A stretch of 64,000 nucleotides of DNA from Octopus vulgaris (taxonomy: Eukaryota), in assembly GCA_951406725.2 (NCBI GenBank), contig OX597814.1, positions 216,504,001 to 216,568,000 on the forward strand. Direction: 5' to 3'. A program made the translations under genes and the position numbers. This document shows, in pieces, positions 1 to 12,671 of this stretch; positions within the stretch are counted from its first letter, which is position 1; each line of letters begins with the position of its first letter. A model generated the notes under the pieces. The model saw nothing but the letters and a program-made list of their open reading frames with translations. It ran no database searches and was not told the DNA's origin.

Positions 1-715
1 ACGGTGTCCCAGCTGAGATCTACTAGGCCAAGCCTGATGTCTTTGCAGCCTGGCTCCATCGTGTCTTCTGTGCCGTGTGGGTGATGGAGGGTTTTCCTGA
101 TGACTGGAGTGAGGCAACTCCTTTACCTTTCTTCAAAAAAGGTGATAGAAAGCTGCCTCCAACTATAGAGGCATCAGCTTGATCGATGTGGCTGCCAACA
201 TGTTTGCAATTCTTCTTCTAAAGAGGATCCAGGCCATCCGTAATGTCTGTACTCGTCCTTCTCAGGGTGGCTTCCATCAGTTTCAGTCAAACCGTCCAAC
301 CCATGCCAGCATGGAAAGTGGATGTTAAATGACGATGATTATGATGATGATTTACATTTTCTACTAATCATTCTTTAAAGAGAAATTTCTTGAAATAAGT
401 GTTTTATTTTCTTACGTCCAATAATGTTGAACCAAGAGTTATAGCGTTGTCTGACTCTAAAGTATTTACGAGAGGCCATTTAGCTCTGGAAGCCTTCTTC
501 AACTGAATAACCAAGTTTCTTTCCTTGAACAGGTTACCCTGTTAGAAATTACTTCTCACATGACCATCAGCCTGAGTCATGTGATGTGGTAAGCAGGTAA
601 ATTGTGTGAAGCAGACAACACTGCCATATGATTAATATATACATGAAAGAAAAATTACAAGGAAAGTTTGAAAATGCACCATATATACATACATACATAC
701 ATATATATATATATG
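1..715 (+). repeat. Segmental-duplication copy of 45542-45815 joined to 48339-48775 (RTE RT fragment, LINE/SINE tail, unique flank)
   Basis: 1-274 matches 45542-45815 with ~4 mismatches, including the same TAC-TAG stop. 276-715 matches 48339-48775, including non-repetitive flank. Confidence 0.92.
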
Positions 716-723
716 TATATATA

Positions 724-754
<31 letters not shown>

Positions 755-875
755 GAAGATATATATGTGTATATATATATATATGTGTGTGTGTGTATAT
801 ATATATATATGTGTGTGTGTATATATATCTATATATGTGTGTGTGTATATATATCTATATATATATATATACACA
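680..875. repeat. (TA)n/(TG)n compound microsatellite
   Basis: Directly visible. The YI-repeat ORFs here are artefacts. Confidence 0.95.
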
Positions 876-1024
876 TATCCTTGACTAAAATTTTAAAGAC
901 TACATGTTTATTATGGACTTCTGGTCACACATGTGCAATGATATATAGTAACTAGCCTGAACATTACCTGCACCATGCCTATACATGTGTGTTGCAACGT
1001 ATTTCTTTCCTTAAAATTTAAACA

Positions 1025-3170
1025 AGACTCGAGGAACACACAATCTATTATATAGAAACAAAGCGTTTCCAAATGAAGTAAAAGCTAGAAAGGAAAATCT
1101 AAGAACAGCATGGATAGATTATAGGAAAGCCTATGACATGATCCCACACTCATGGCTAAGTGGATGTTTGAGTATATTCAGTAATTGCAGACAACAAAAG
1201 AGAATTAATTAGCTTTAGCGTGAAGGAATGGAAAGTAGATCTCTGCTCAAGTGACACACTCTTAGGAAAAGTTAATATCAAAAGAGGAATTTTCCAGAGG
1301 GAGTCGTTGTCCCCTTTAATATTTTGTCTTATGTTTGATCCCTCCCCAGTTTAGTATTAAAGAAGGCAGAGGCCAGGTATCAGTTCAGAAATAGTAAGGG
1401 AAAAATTAACCATTTGTTCTACATGGATGATGAGAAGCTTTTTAGTAAGAATGAAAAAGAGATAGATCCCTTAATACAGAATCTAAGATTCTTGAGCAAA
1501 GATACAGGCATGGAATTTGGCATAGATAAGGGTGCAATATTAGTCATGATGAAAAGGGACAGGTAGTCAACAGCGAAGGCATCCAATTGGCCAGACATTG
1601 AAATCATTGAAAGGAGGACAGAGTTATAAGTATCTAGGAGTATTAGAATCTGACAGGGAACTAACTATAGAAATGAAAAGGAAAATTGAAAAGGAGTACA
1701 TCAAAAGGGTGAGAGGAAGTTAATGAAGTCAAAGCTAACTGGTCTGAATCTAGTGAAGGCTGTAAATACTTGGGCAGTATCCTTATTTAGATACTCAGCA
1801 GCTTTTGTAGATTGGACAAAAACTGAATTAGTAAAGCTAAGCAGAAGAAGTAGGAAGGAATTCAATATGAATGGAGGACTCCATCCAAGGCAGGAGTAGC
1901 AAGATTATGCTTACCTAGAAAAGAAGGTGAGAAGTAGGTTAATATCAGTAGAAGACTTCTTGGAGATAGCTAGAGTAGATATAGACTCCTATGTAGATAA
2001 TGGTGAAGAAAGTTTATAAAGGGCTGCTAGAGTCACAGCAAGACATAGGAAAACCGAAAACCCAAACAAAGTTAAAAGCCAGAAAAAAAGAACAGAAATT
2101 ATTTGACCGGCAGGAGAAGATGTTGCATAGTAGATTCGCAAGAATAGTTGCAGCAAATAGTATTTGTGAGACTTGGTTATGGCTGCAGAAAGGAAAGCTG
2201 AAGAGGGAGACAGAAAGTTTGTTAGTAGCATCACAGGATCAAGCATTAAGGACTAATAGGATAAAAGCCAAGATAGAGAAAACCCAAGTAGATTCCCAAT
2301 GTAGGTTATGCAAATCAAAAGAAGAAAGTCTTACTCATATATAGTAAGTGAATGTAGCATGCGGGCACAGAAAGAATACAAGAAAAGGCAAGAAAATATA
2401 GGGAGAGGAATTCACTGGGAACCTTGTAGAAAGCTAGGATTTGCCCATACTAATAAATGATATGAAGACGAACCTAGTAAAGTACTGGAAAGTAAGAAAT
2501 ATAAGATGTGGGACATTCAGACTACAAGACTAATAGAAGCTAGAATGCCTGATTTGGCAGTAGTAGATAAAGAGACTAGAAAGTGCCAGATAATTGACTT
2601 TACAGTCCCAAATGATGAAAAAGTTAATATGAGAGGTATAGAAAAAATAGCAAAGTACCAGGACCTAGCCATTGAATTACAGGAACTATGGTTAACGTTT
2701 GTGATGGATCCGGCACCTTTCGTGGCACGTAAAAAGCACCCACTACACTCACGGAGTGGTTGGCGTTAGGAAGGGCATCAAGCCGTAGAAACATTACCAG
2801 ATAAGACTGGGTCTGGTGCAGCCTTCTGGCTTCCCAAACCCCAGTTGAACCGTCCAACCCATGCTAGCATGGAACGTGGACGCTAAACGGTGATGATGAT
2901 GGTAAGTGCAGATAAAATGTATCCCAGTAGTTATAGGTGCATTTGGAACTATCCCTAAAGATCTGAACAGATGGATAGAGGAAATAGGCATAAAACCCAG
3001 TTTAATATAGCTGCAGAAAACAGTGTTATTAGGGACAGCTAGGATACTTAGGAGGGTTCTTGGCATCTAAGGTTATTTGTTGTAACCCGATGTTAGGAAT
3101 TTTTCTTTTCCAGCTGTAATATATTGTGTGTATTTGAATAATTATAATATCAACAACAATAACAATTGCA
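1025..3170 (+). mobile_element. Decayed R4/Dong-like non-LTR retrotransposon (RT + CCHC + restriction-like endonuclease), 5'-truncated
   Basis: Motifs AWIDYRKAYDMIPHSW, GIFQRESLSPL, NHLFYMDD, LKRETESLLVASQDQALRTN, CRLC, MPDLAVVDK..CQIIDFTVP..EKIAKYQDL. Many stops/frameshifts and an AAT/AAC tail. Confidence 0.85.
2694..2900 (+). mobile_element. Short 3'-tail insertion (RTE-associated LINE/SINE 3' end with (GAT)n tail) inside the RLE element
   Basis: Same 3' end (GGTTGGCGTTAGGAAGGGCATC...CCATGCTAGCATGG...GATGATGAT) as 59000-59176, 39515-39660 (-) and 48260-48415. Interrupts the RLE ORF and is flanked by ATGGTTA/ATGGTAA. Confidence 0.75.
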
Positions 3171-3219
3171 ATAGACCACCTCATTTCGGGATGTCCTTAG
3201 TTAACACCAAACAAATACA

Positions 3220-3817
3220 AAAATTACCACGATAAGGGAGAACAGTATTTAAATTGGAAAGTATGTAAACACTACAAAATCAGCACTGCTGCTTACTGGT
3301 ATGAACATTATCCTGAGCCAGTCGTTGAAGGTAGAAATGTTACTATCCTCTACGATTGTCCAGTCAGCACAGATACTTGTAGACTAAATGATGTAAGTGA
3401 TAGAAATATATCAATAAAACAATTTGACAAATTAAGTAAATGCAAGGACCTGGAAATTGAAATACAAAAGACGTGGCATGTTACAGTAAGGAGAACTGTT
3501 CCTGTTATTGCGGGTGTCCTAGGTATAATAAAAAAAAAAGTAATGTCAGAAACATCTAGATAACATCCCAAGAGAACTTCAGGAAAACACAAAAGATTGT
3601 GCTGATAAATACTGCCCACATCCTTAGAAAAACCCTATCGATTTAAATGCTTGTGTTGTATTACATGAAGATACTTCACTCTTGCCCCTGCTACTCCCCG
3701 CTCCCCAAAATTTCAGTCATACTGTAACATCTCTTATCCATAATTTACCCCAGGATGCTGGGTGTGTCTTGGCAAGTGGTTGTAACACACATGCAGATTA
3801 AAAGCAAATATTGATCA

Positions 3818-3849
<32 letters not shown>

Positions 3850-3900
3850 ATAATAATAATAATAAATATAATAATAATAATAATAATAATAAATAATAAT
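3220..3900 (+). mobile_element. 3' fragment of a second R4/Dong-like RLE LINE with (TAC)n(AAT)n tail
   Basis: HDKGEQYLNWKVCKHY..WYEHYPEPVVEG..KCKDLEIEIQKTW..TAHILRKTLSI*. Confidence 0.75.
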
Positions 3901-3919
3901 AATAATGATATAAGAATAA

Positions 3920-4390
3920 GAATGGTAATGCAAAGACTCTGTGAGATTTTATGATTCAATGGGACCATGAGATAGAGATTAGGAAACCAGACATAGAAAG
4001 AATGCAAACGATACTGGATCATAGATATAACATGCCCAGCTGACAACAAAGTATGCGATAAGGAAGAAAGAAAAGTCGATAGATATGACAGGTTAGCTTG
4101 GGAGGTTAAGCAGCTGTGGTCAATAGAAAAGGTGGTAGTAGTACCAATAATCGTCGGAACCCTGGGAACAGTGAGTAAAAATTTTGAGAAGTACATGGAA
4201 CAATTTGTGGCTGCAAAAAGGGTGGAGTACTTGCAGAAAACAGCACTGCTTGGAATCGCTCAAATACTCCAGATGGTGCTCAAAAAATAAAGAGTGTTAC
4301 CTTAGTTCACTGGTAACCAACAGCTGGCACTGTAGTACATCTCCAGTGTTAGAAGCTGTGCAAAGACAATAAAATAATAATGATAATAAT
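3920..4390 (+). mobile_element. 3' fragment of a third RLE LINE
   Basis: RKPDI..WIIDITCPADNKVCDKEERKVDRYDRLAWEVKQLW..VVVVPIIVGTLGTV..LQKTALLG, followed by an AAT tail. Confidence 0.75.
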
Positions 4391-4602
4391 CCTTTCCACT
4401 GGAAGCACAAGGCCTCAAATTTGGAGGAATGGATGAAGTCGATTACATCACCTCCAGTACTCAACTGTTCTTAATTTATTGACTTTGAAATGATAAAAGG
4501 CAAAGTTAATCTGAGCAGACTTTGAACTTGGGATATAACAGCAGACGAAATACCATTTAAGCATTTCGCCTGGCATGCTAATGATTCTGCAAGCTCACTG
4601 CC
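4391..4602 (-). mobile_element. tRNA-derived SINE (family whose 3' half seeded the 115-bp satellite)
   Basis: Minus strand reads GGCAGTGAGCTTGCAGAATCATTAGC (A-box-like), AAGTTCAAAGTC (B-box-like), then GTCAATAAATTAAGAACAGTTGAGTACTGG...GGCCTTGTGC and an ATT tail. Confidence 0.75.
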
Positions 4603-4604
4603 TT

Positions 4605-4606
4605 AA

Positions 4607-4648
<42 letters not shown>

Positions 4649-4651
4649 GAA

Positions 4652-4682
<31 letters not shown>

Positions 4683-5300
4683 AAGAAGAAGAAGAATGAT
4701 ATCTTTTATTGGCCACAACACTAAAGGAATGGTTACAGCACACAAAAAGAACTAATAGATAAAAATAAAAACAGGTGGGGTTTACATTGATCAAAGAGAG
4801 ATATTATCACATTAAGGGATATGACAGAGGATATATAAAAGAAATTAGAGAAATAAATAATGAATAAATGTATAAATAAATAGAATCCCGAATAGGAGGG
4901 CAGTCCCACACAAAAATCCCAGATTACTCAGCCATCTCCAAGGCATGGGAAAGTGCCCTTCTTCCAGTTTCTTTCCTCCTGTTTAGAAAGGCATATTCAG
5001 AGTAGATGCATTCAGTCTCACCAGACTTGCTACTGTCGACTAGCTTTTGACAAACACACTAAAAGGCAGCACCTCCATCTCTACCCTCACTTTCCTTTTC
5101 AAATGATATTTGAAGAAATTGATGAGGGTTGGTTCAGATGTTGGCTCTTCCATGCCTGAAGAACTTGTCTCAAACAGCCATTGTCCCACTGTAGCACTGC
5201 CATGCCAAAGACTTTTGGAATTTGTCCATGATTTTGATGCAAAGGTCTTTTGGAAAAGACGACTCAGACTATTCTTGTTGATGCCTAGATTCAATCTTTG
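4605..5300 (-). mobile_element. Probable L1/Tx1-type LINE 3' fragment with AATAAA and (TTC)n(TTA)n tail
   Basis: C-terminal-like peptide LINFFKYHLKRKVRVE, minus-strand AATAAAAGAT just before the simple-repeat tail. Confidence 0.45.
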
Positions 5301-5889
5301 GCAATCATCACTTTATTATTATTAATATCATTATTGAGTGAGAGAGCAGTGCATGCCATCAAAGTGACACTGGGGTAAAATATATGAAGCCCAGTATAAC
5401 CATCATGACTACCCATCTGATAAAGGTACACCAGGCACATACATCACAACCATATGTGCACAACATGGTGATCTCAAATCAAGATAAACAGCACATGACC
5501 TTGCAGGTGGGGCTCAGTTAGGATTTTTTTCAGATTGAGTGGCCCATCCTATTCAAAAGGTCTCTGAATAAGGTTTGTCTAAGGATGGTGAATGAAACAG
5601 TCATGTTGCCAAAGGAGAATTATCCAAACCCCAAAGAATTCTTCTCAACGTATGGCTATGATGCTCCCACACTACTTCTGATCATGATCAGAAATGCACA
5701 TATCGTCAGTCACCAAGGGACATGCTCAACTGGTTAAGGTCAAACAACTGACAAGAAAATCTGTGGTATTGAGCAGAATGTTTGCTGTAGCCCATGTTTT
5801 ATACCAAAACGAAACAATGTACATGATAACACTTCTAATGATTAAGATCAGAAGCCATGATAGCTTATCGTTATTATTATTATTATTAT

Positions 5890-6850
5890 TTATAGTTTCT
5901 TTTCATGAATACTTTATTTCAGCTGCCTTGGTAACGGGCATCCTCCAGAGACCAAGAGTAGCAAGGGCAATTTTGTTTTGCTGTGCATGCAAAACTTATC
6001 CCCACATTTATTCCATTTTATATGGAGAGTGCTTTCCGTAGTGTATGGGCTGTACCCAATAAAGTCATCTTTTGTAGTTCACAGAGATTGGAGTTACAAA
6101 GGAGTTGCTTTATATAATTCTCAGCTCCCTTCTTTATCATTCCCAAGGCACCAAATACTACTGATATTATTGTAGAGCTAAGCTTCCACATTTTTGTGAT
6201 TTCAATTTGCAAATCTTTACAGTGAGAAAGCTTTCCGTATTCCTTTCTTGAGACATTTTGATCTTGTGGGACAGACATATCTATTAACAGACAAGTTCCT
6301 CTGTTGTTGTCCTTGATCACAGTGTCTGGTTGATTGGAGTCAATTTTTCTGTCTGTTTGTATTGGGAAGTTCTAGAGAATGGTGATGCTCTTGCCATTAA
6401 CTACATCCTCTGGATGGTGCTTGTACAACTTATCATGAGATTTAATTTTGTAGGTATTTCAGAAGCATTCTGGTGCATGTACCGACCTAGTTTGTCATGT
6501 CTTATCGGGTTCTCCTTTTCACCGAGGACTGAGCAGCCAGAAACAGCATGATCAATTGTCTCTGTGAATTTTCCCCCAAATTCTGCACGAGGGGTCAGAT
6601 CCATCTTTAAGGACATTTGTTTGGTAGGTAAGCTCTGATCTTGCTCTGCAATAGCAAAACCTTCTGTTTCCCCCTTTCAGACCTGTCTCTTGCAGCCATT
6701 GGCATGTGAGATTTTGATCAATATCTGGCTTGGACAGATGGTTAGGGTATTTTCCATGCAGGAGTTTACCCTTCCAGTTGTCTTCCATGTTATTCATGCA
6801 AGCCTTCTTTGCTTTTTGTTTGATGTCTTTTGCATCAGTGATAGGTTTGT
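5890..6850 (-). mobile_element. R4/Dong-like RLE LINE 3' fragment
   Basis: WKGKLLHGKYP, AEQDQSL, CRIWG..ETIDHAVSGC, RHDKLGRYMH, CLLIDMSVPQD..KDLQIEITKMW..LLGTAHTLRKALSI*. Confidence 0.8.
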
Positions 6851-6864
6851 CACTATTTGGGTCT

Positions 6865-7085
6865 CTTTGGTTTTTCTGACTACCTCTATGACCTTATCCA
6901 CCCATTTCTCTGCAAGGAGCGTCTCCACACTCCCTAGTCCATCACTATTAACATCCTCGAAGAGTTTATACCAATGTGCTTTGCCTGTGAGGACTCTGGC
7001 TGAAGCTCCTCTCCACCTTACCTCTTGTATGCAACATACATCAACATGTCTCCGTTGAAGCATCTCTACAATCTCACTAGACCTG
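6865..7085 (-). mobile_element. RTE-type LINE AP-endonuclease fragment
   Basis: MLQRRHVDVCCIQEVRWRGASAR, same family as 49390-50418. Confidence 0.8.
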
Positions 7086-8219
7086 CAAAAGAGATATGGG
7101 CAGTAACACAGGAAGGAGAGATGTTATTCAGCATCTGAAAAGAAAGTTACCGTGATCGTTTCGTAACAGATTTCATAACAGTTAATCTTTCTTTTAACCT
7201 TCCATCATTCAAACATGTTAGCATTGTTAAGGTTGTTGCCTCTACTAGGGGTTGGGAGTAAGGAAGCATTGTATATGTGTTTGGGGCATTGTAAATATAA
7301 GCATTATGAGCATTGTGGATGCAAGCATTACTAATGTTGCAGATATAAATGTTAAAACAAAAAAAGGAGAGAGAGAAACAGTAAGTGGAGTGCTATCTGG
7401 TTTAGTTAGTCCAGACATGGAGGGGGAGGGAAAGGAAAGGGCAACGAGATTACCAAGATAAGAAGAAAGAGGGAAGGGCAATTGGGTGTCTGGTAAGAGA
7501 AATGAGATTTCAGGTATTGGTGGTGGGGGTGGGAAGGGGTGGCTGCAGTCAGACAAACAAAAGAGAGTCATTTTGAGGAGCAGAGCAGATAAATAAGAAT
7601 TATTTTAGACAAAAATACAAAATATGTATATACGTGTAGCCAAGAAATAATGTTAGTGATTTTAGCGGCAGAACAAACAAGAAAGAATTATTTTAGAGAA
7701 CAGATGAATTTGAATGAATGAGGCGATTAAAAGAAGTGAAATTCTTAGCTTAGCTGTGCATATTTTTGAGGGTCAGCAAACGGCCAAACACATGGAATAA
7801 TCTATCGAAAATCTGAGAGGTGGGGGAACAGATGTGGAAGTGACAGCCGGAAATGGACAAAGATGGCAGACTTTGCTGCAAGGGAGTAAGAGAAATAGCA
7901 GTAAGTATCCATTGCAACTATGAACAAGAGAATTACTAGCAGGAAAGATACCAGGTTGCAGTCCGACATGCCCATTAAAATTTCCAGTCACAAAGATGAA
8001 ATCATTGCCACTCGTCTTTGATACATTCTCCTGCTACCCCCAATTTAACAATTCAAAATAATAACTTTTATACCTCTTAATTCTAACTTAGTTCATCTAA
8101 TTGTATATATTTATCGTTACTTTTCATAAAAAAGCATATATTTTTTCATATTCAATGTACATTTTCACATTTTTCCTTCTTACTTTCCCTATATATACAT
8201 ACATATATATATATATATA

Positions 8220-8682
8220 TAATAGTTATCGCCATACTAATATGGCAGTCTTATAAATATAAGACTAAAGCTGTCGCTGATTAGCTCCAAGAGGCCACAG
8301 CCTCAAGCTAGCTATTTGACACAAAACCTGCGTTCGTTATAAACCTTCGAACAAGGGAGGTCAGCCGCTCCATCCTGCCAGTCAGACAGCTGCAGACATG
8401 TTTTGGGGTTGTTGCCCCTTTTCAATGCAGCGTAGTCAGACCCGCAGGTGTCGCCACTGATCGTCCCAGTTCGAAGGCTTTATTTACCTAGTTACGGTGG
8501 AATACATCCACTTGTTTTCAATAATAGAAATATTAAAATTACTAAGTCTCTCTAAAGGAGATTACGGCAGCGTTACTGGAAATTAATAGTTATCGCCATA
8601 CTAATATGGCAGTCTTATAAATATAAGACTGAAGCTGCCGCTGATTAGCTCCAAGAGGCCACCGCCTCAAGCTAGCTATTTG
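8220..8682 (-). mobile_element. Small PLE-derived/retrozyme-like unit with ~97-bp terminal direct repeats and a degenerate hammerhead
   Basis: 8220-8318 is repeated at 8584-8682 (period 364), flanked by (TA)n. Hammerhead-like motif at 8389-8431. Confidence 0.6.
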
Positions 8683-8729
8683 TATATATGCATATGTATA
8701 CACATATATATATATATATACAAAATATA

Positions 8730-8775
<46 letters not shown>

Positions 8776-8819
8776 GCATATATACATATATATATGTATA
8801 TACATATGCATATGTGGGC

Positions 8820-9960
8820 ACAGGATATCACAAAACAGAAACAACAAAATACAAATACATGGAATATGAACAATTTTGCAAACAACGAAAGAAACAAATG
8901 GAAAACAAGGGGAAGGGGTATGTGGGAGTGAGATATTTAGGGATGGTGGGTTTGGGATGTGTAGGGTTTGGGAGTTGATGGACGGGTAAAGATGAAGGGA
9001 GAGGACAGATGGGAGAAGGTGGGTAGGAGTGAAGAGATTAAGTAGGTGTGAGAGGAAGGGAGGAGAGAGAGGAGAAGAGTTAGCTGAAGTGGAGAGGGGT
9101 AATTGAGCCCACGTGGTGCAAAGGAGTGAAGAGAGAAGATTAATTCCTGTTCATGCCAAAGACAGGAGTCCGGATGGCCCCTGTGCAAGTACAGTCTGAA
9201 CACAGACAGATGTTTTAAAGAATGACCAGTAGAGCAGAAATAGCGCAAGATCAGGGCGTTGTTGCTGAGTATGATATCTCAAAGGTGTTCTACGAACTGG
9301 TCAGCCAAGTGGCATCCCGTTTGACCAATGTACAGAGAAGGGCAGACATTGCAGGAGATACAGTAAATGACATTGCTACAAGTGCAGGTGAAGGAGTCAT
9401 TAATATGATAGGGGTGATGAAGGGTACCTGAGAAGATGGTGGAATTTGAGAGGTATGGGGCAAGTGTGGCAGTATAGGCAGGAGCAAGGTAATGAGCTGG
9501 GTTGGGAGGTAGGGTTAGGGAAGAAACTATGGATCAGGAAGTCACGTAGGTTGTAGGCTCGTTTCAAGAAGGGGAGGAGTGGGACGGGGTTGCCGAAAGG
9601 CTCAGAGAATAATGTGATGTAGAGGCAAGGTGGAGGTGTGGTTGCTGAGTTGAAACTGGAGACAGGTAAAGGGGGGTGGGTACAGGGAGAGAGAGTGGAT
9701 ACTGATGTGGGGATACCCATGAAGGATGAAGTGGCAAGCTATGAGTTGAGACTCAGTCTCAAAGTCATGGTTGTCACTGCAGAACCTATGTGTGTTTAGG
9801 GTGAGAGGAGGAGAAGTTGAGCTATGAGTGTGAGTTGGTGCATTTGTAGTGGATGGAAGTGGTGAGAGTGGAGTGATGAATGCTGACTGAAATGTCGAGA
9901 AAGGCGACAGAAATGTTGGAAATAGTGCAGGAGAATTCAAGGGCTTGACGGAAAGATTGG
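8820..9960 (-). mobile_element. Penelope-like element 3' fragment (RT C-terminus + GIY-YIG)
   Basis: Minus strand encodes FTCTCSNVIYCISCNVCPSLYIGQTG and EQELIFSLHSFAPRGLN. Confidence 0.75.
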
Positions 9961-9974
9961 ACAAAAGAGAGGAA

Positions 9975-10530
9975 CATTATTTACATTTGACGGATATTTG
10001 TCCTCATCTTGTTTGTTGTTAACACATTTTGGCTGATATACTTTCCAATCTTCATCAGGTTTCTTGACAAAATTTTGAAGCTGGGTTCTCATTCCTAAGG
10101 TATTTTTCGATGTTGTTGCTGTTGTTATTATTATTATTATTATTGTCATTGTCTGGAATCAATATTATTATCATTGTTATTATTATTATTATTATTGTCA
10201 TTGTCTGGAATCAATATTATTATCATTGTCTGGAATCAAACTCGGAATCTTGGGATATTCCAAGTTCGATTCCAGGCAGTGACCTGAAAAATAATAATAA
10301 TAATAATAACAATAATAATTATAATAATAATAATAATAACAATAACAAAAACAGCATCGAAAAATACCTCAGGAATGAGAACCCTGGTTCGAAATTTCCC
10401 CAACACACCTGATGAAGGCTGGAGGGTATATCAACCAAAACATTGTGTTAACTACAAACAAGATGAGGACAAATATCCATCAATTGTAAATAATGTACAT
10501 AATTACTCATCTCTTAAATATAGAACTGTA
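9975..10530. mobile_element. Inverted pair of a short hammerhead-bearing repeat (9975-10110 minus, 10355-10530 plus) around ATT/AAT tracts
   Basis: GGAATGAGAACC...CCTGATGAAG...CAAGATGAGGACAAATATCC is present on both strands. Confidence 0.7.
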
Positions 10531-10884
10531 TTAAAAGAGAGGAAGGAGTCTTATTGTTTGCAGGAGTGTGAAGTCATACCGATACAGTCATCAATATAAC
10601 GACCATATAGTTCGGGAGTGGGACCAGTGACTCCTGAAAATATTTGGGCTTCATATTAGGTGATCCTTTTTGCAGAGAAATGGGTGGATAAGGTCATAGA
10701 GCTAGTGAGGGTGTGCGATAGAATGCTTAAGCTCCATTTACAACAGAAACGAAAGTGATAAAATGTGGTCAGCCTAACTGTGGCACATGGCCCCACCTTT
10801 TGGAGAGTACAGAGTTCCACTTTAAACAATATTTGGGCCTCCACACCCCCTATTCCAAATGGTGTCCGGTCAAGTAGTCCCTGA

Positions 10885-12670
10885 GTAAAAAGATTGTAAG
10901 GAAGGTAAGTAGTTCTGGAAGTGGCACAATTAGGGTTGATATAATACTGTAATACGAATGGTGTATGGGATGTATGGGGTTTGGTGGAATAATTGGTAAG
11001 GTTGGTAGTATTCTCTATTAATTATGTGTTCATGTTACATTGTGGATGATATTTATTGATGAAAGTTGCTTCTTTATTCATTCTTTGCCATACTGATGTT
11101 TTCTGTGAACATTCATAGAATTGGAAAATTAGGAAATTAGGATAAAGGTTTTGAGCACATCTTTCTCTGTTCACTGACCTGTATCTGACTGTATTGTGGG
11201 TGGCAGATTTGTTCTTTGTGAAGAGTGGTTCATCGACGGAGTGATATTCCTGTTTGGCCAATATATTGATTACCGCACCCTAAGCAGGTAATGACATAGA
11301 TTAGCTCTTCTGTGGCACAGGTGAAATTTGATTTAATCTTAAATATTCCACCCTCTTTAACGTGGAAATCCGTACCCTCCAAAAGGTGGGGGCATGTGCC
11401 ATAGTTAGGTCGACTGCATTTTTTCACTTTTCGTTCTGTTAATGAATATTGTCTTGCGTTGGTTAATATTTTTTTCAATGATTTCTGTTGTATTTTACTC
11501 TTGATAATTTTGTGTGAGCCTAAAATTTTGTTCATTGTTTTATCTCCTGTGAGAATTTGGATGATAATGTTGAAGGCTTTGTTGTTTCTAGGATTATGTG
11601 TGTAGATGTATGGGAGTATTTTAAAGTCTGGTGTAGTATTTCGGTTGAATTCCCATAATGTTTGTATGTCTATTTCATTTGCTTGTTTAATCCCATCATT
11701 TATTAATGATGATGGGTAATATCTCTTGATTAGTATCGATCTGAGTTCATTAGTCTTCATTCATGAGTATTGGTGTCTGAAGTTATGGTACAGATTCTTT
11801 TCACTAGATTATAAGGTATATTAATTTTTATGTGTTTGAGGTGGCGTGAGTTGAATAATAGGTATTTGTTTGAATCTGTGGGTTTCCTACTCAAGCCATT
11901 TCCAAAATATGTGGAAAGCTTCATCAGGGATGACTTAGACATGCTTAACCACCTCCTGAAGAGAATAAATGAAGGAACCCTATTAGTATCATTTGATGTG
12001 ATGAATTTGTACACCAATATCCCACACGATTATAGTATAGAAGCAATCACCTCCTGGCTAGAAAAATTCCCAGAAGAGATCCTAGGACGCATCAACCACA
12101 TATTCATAATTGCAGTACTGAAATTCATCCTATTGAACAACTATTTCAGGTTCGACACAGATTACCATCGACAAAAAACGTGGAATTGCAATGGGAACTT
12201 GAGCTGTTGCAGTGATTGCAAACCTTGTAATGGGTTACCTAGAACCAAAACTATACCAATCATCACTACAAAAATATGGCACCTCATTTAATTGCTATTT
12301 AAAGGAGAACTGGAAGAGGTATATAGATGATTCCTTTATACTTTGGAAAGATAGCATGGACAAACTCCTCAATTTCAACATAATGCTCAACAATATCAAT
12401 AGCAACATACAATTCACCATGGAGCACAGCAATAAAACCCCTTTTTCTTTACATCCTAGTCAATAACCACATTAAAAAAGACATTTTCTATAAACCCACA
12501 GATTCAAAGCAATGTAACATGAACACATAATTAATACAGAATACTACTAACTCTACCAATTATTCCACTAACCCCCATACATGCCATACACCATTCGTAT
12601 TACAGTATTATATCGACCATAATTGCACCACATCCAGAACTACTTACCTCCCTTACACATAATCTTTTTA
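10885..12670. mobile_element. Penelope-like element with internal inversion: RT core on + (11885-12508), RT C-terminus + GIY-YIG on - (11022-11885), ~155-bp terminal inverted repeats
   Basis: Plus strand: LLVSFDVMNLYTNIPH, GIAMGT, WKRYIDD. Minus strand: ELIYVITCLGCGNQYIGQTG. 10885-11042 is inverted at 12511-12670. Confidence 0.85.
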
Positions 12671-12671
12671 G

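Noticed and set aside
5335-5865. Probable dispersed repeat
   Set aside because: No second copy or diagnostic motif in the window, so it cannot be classified.
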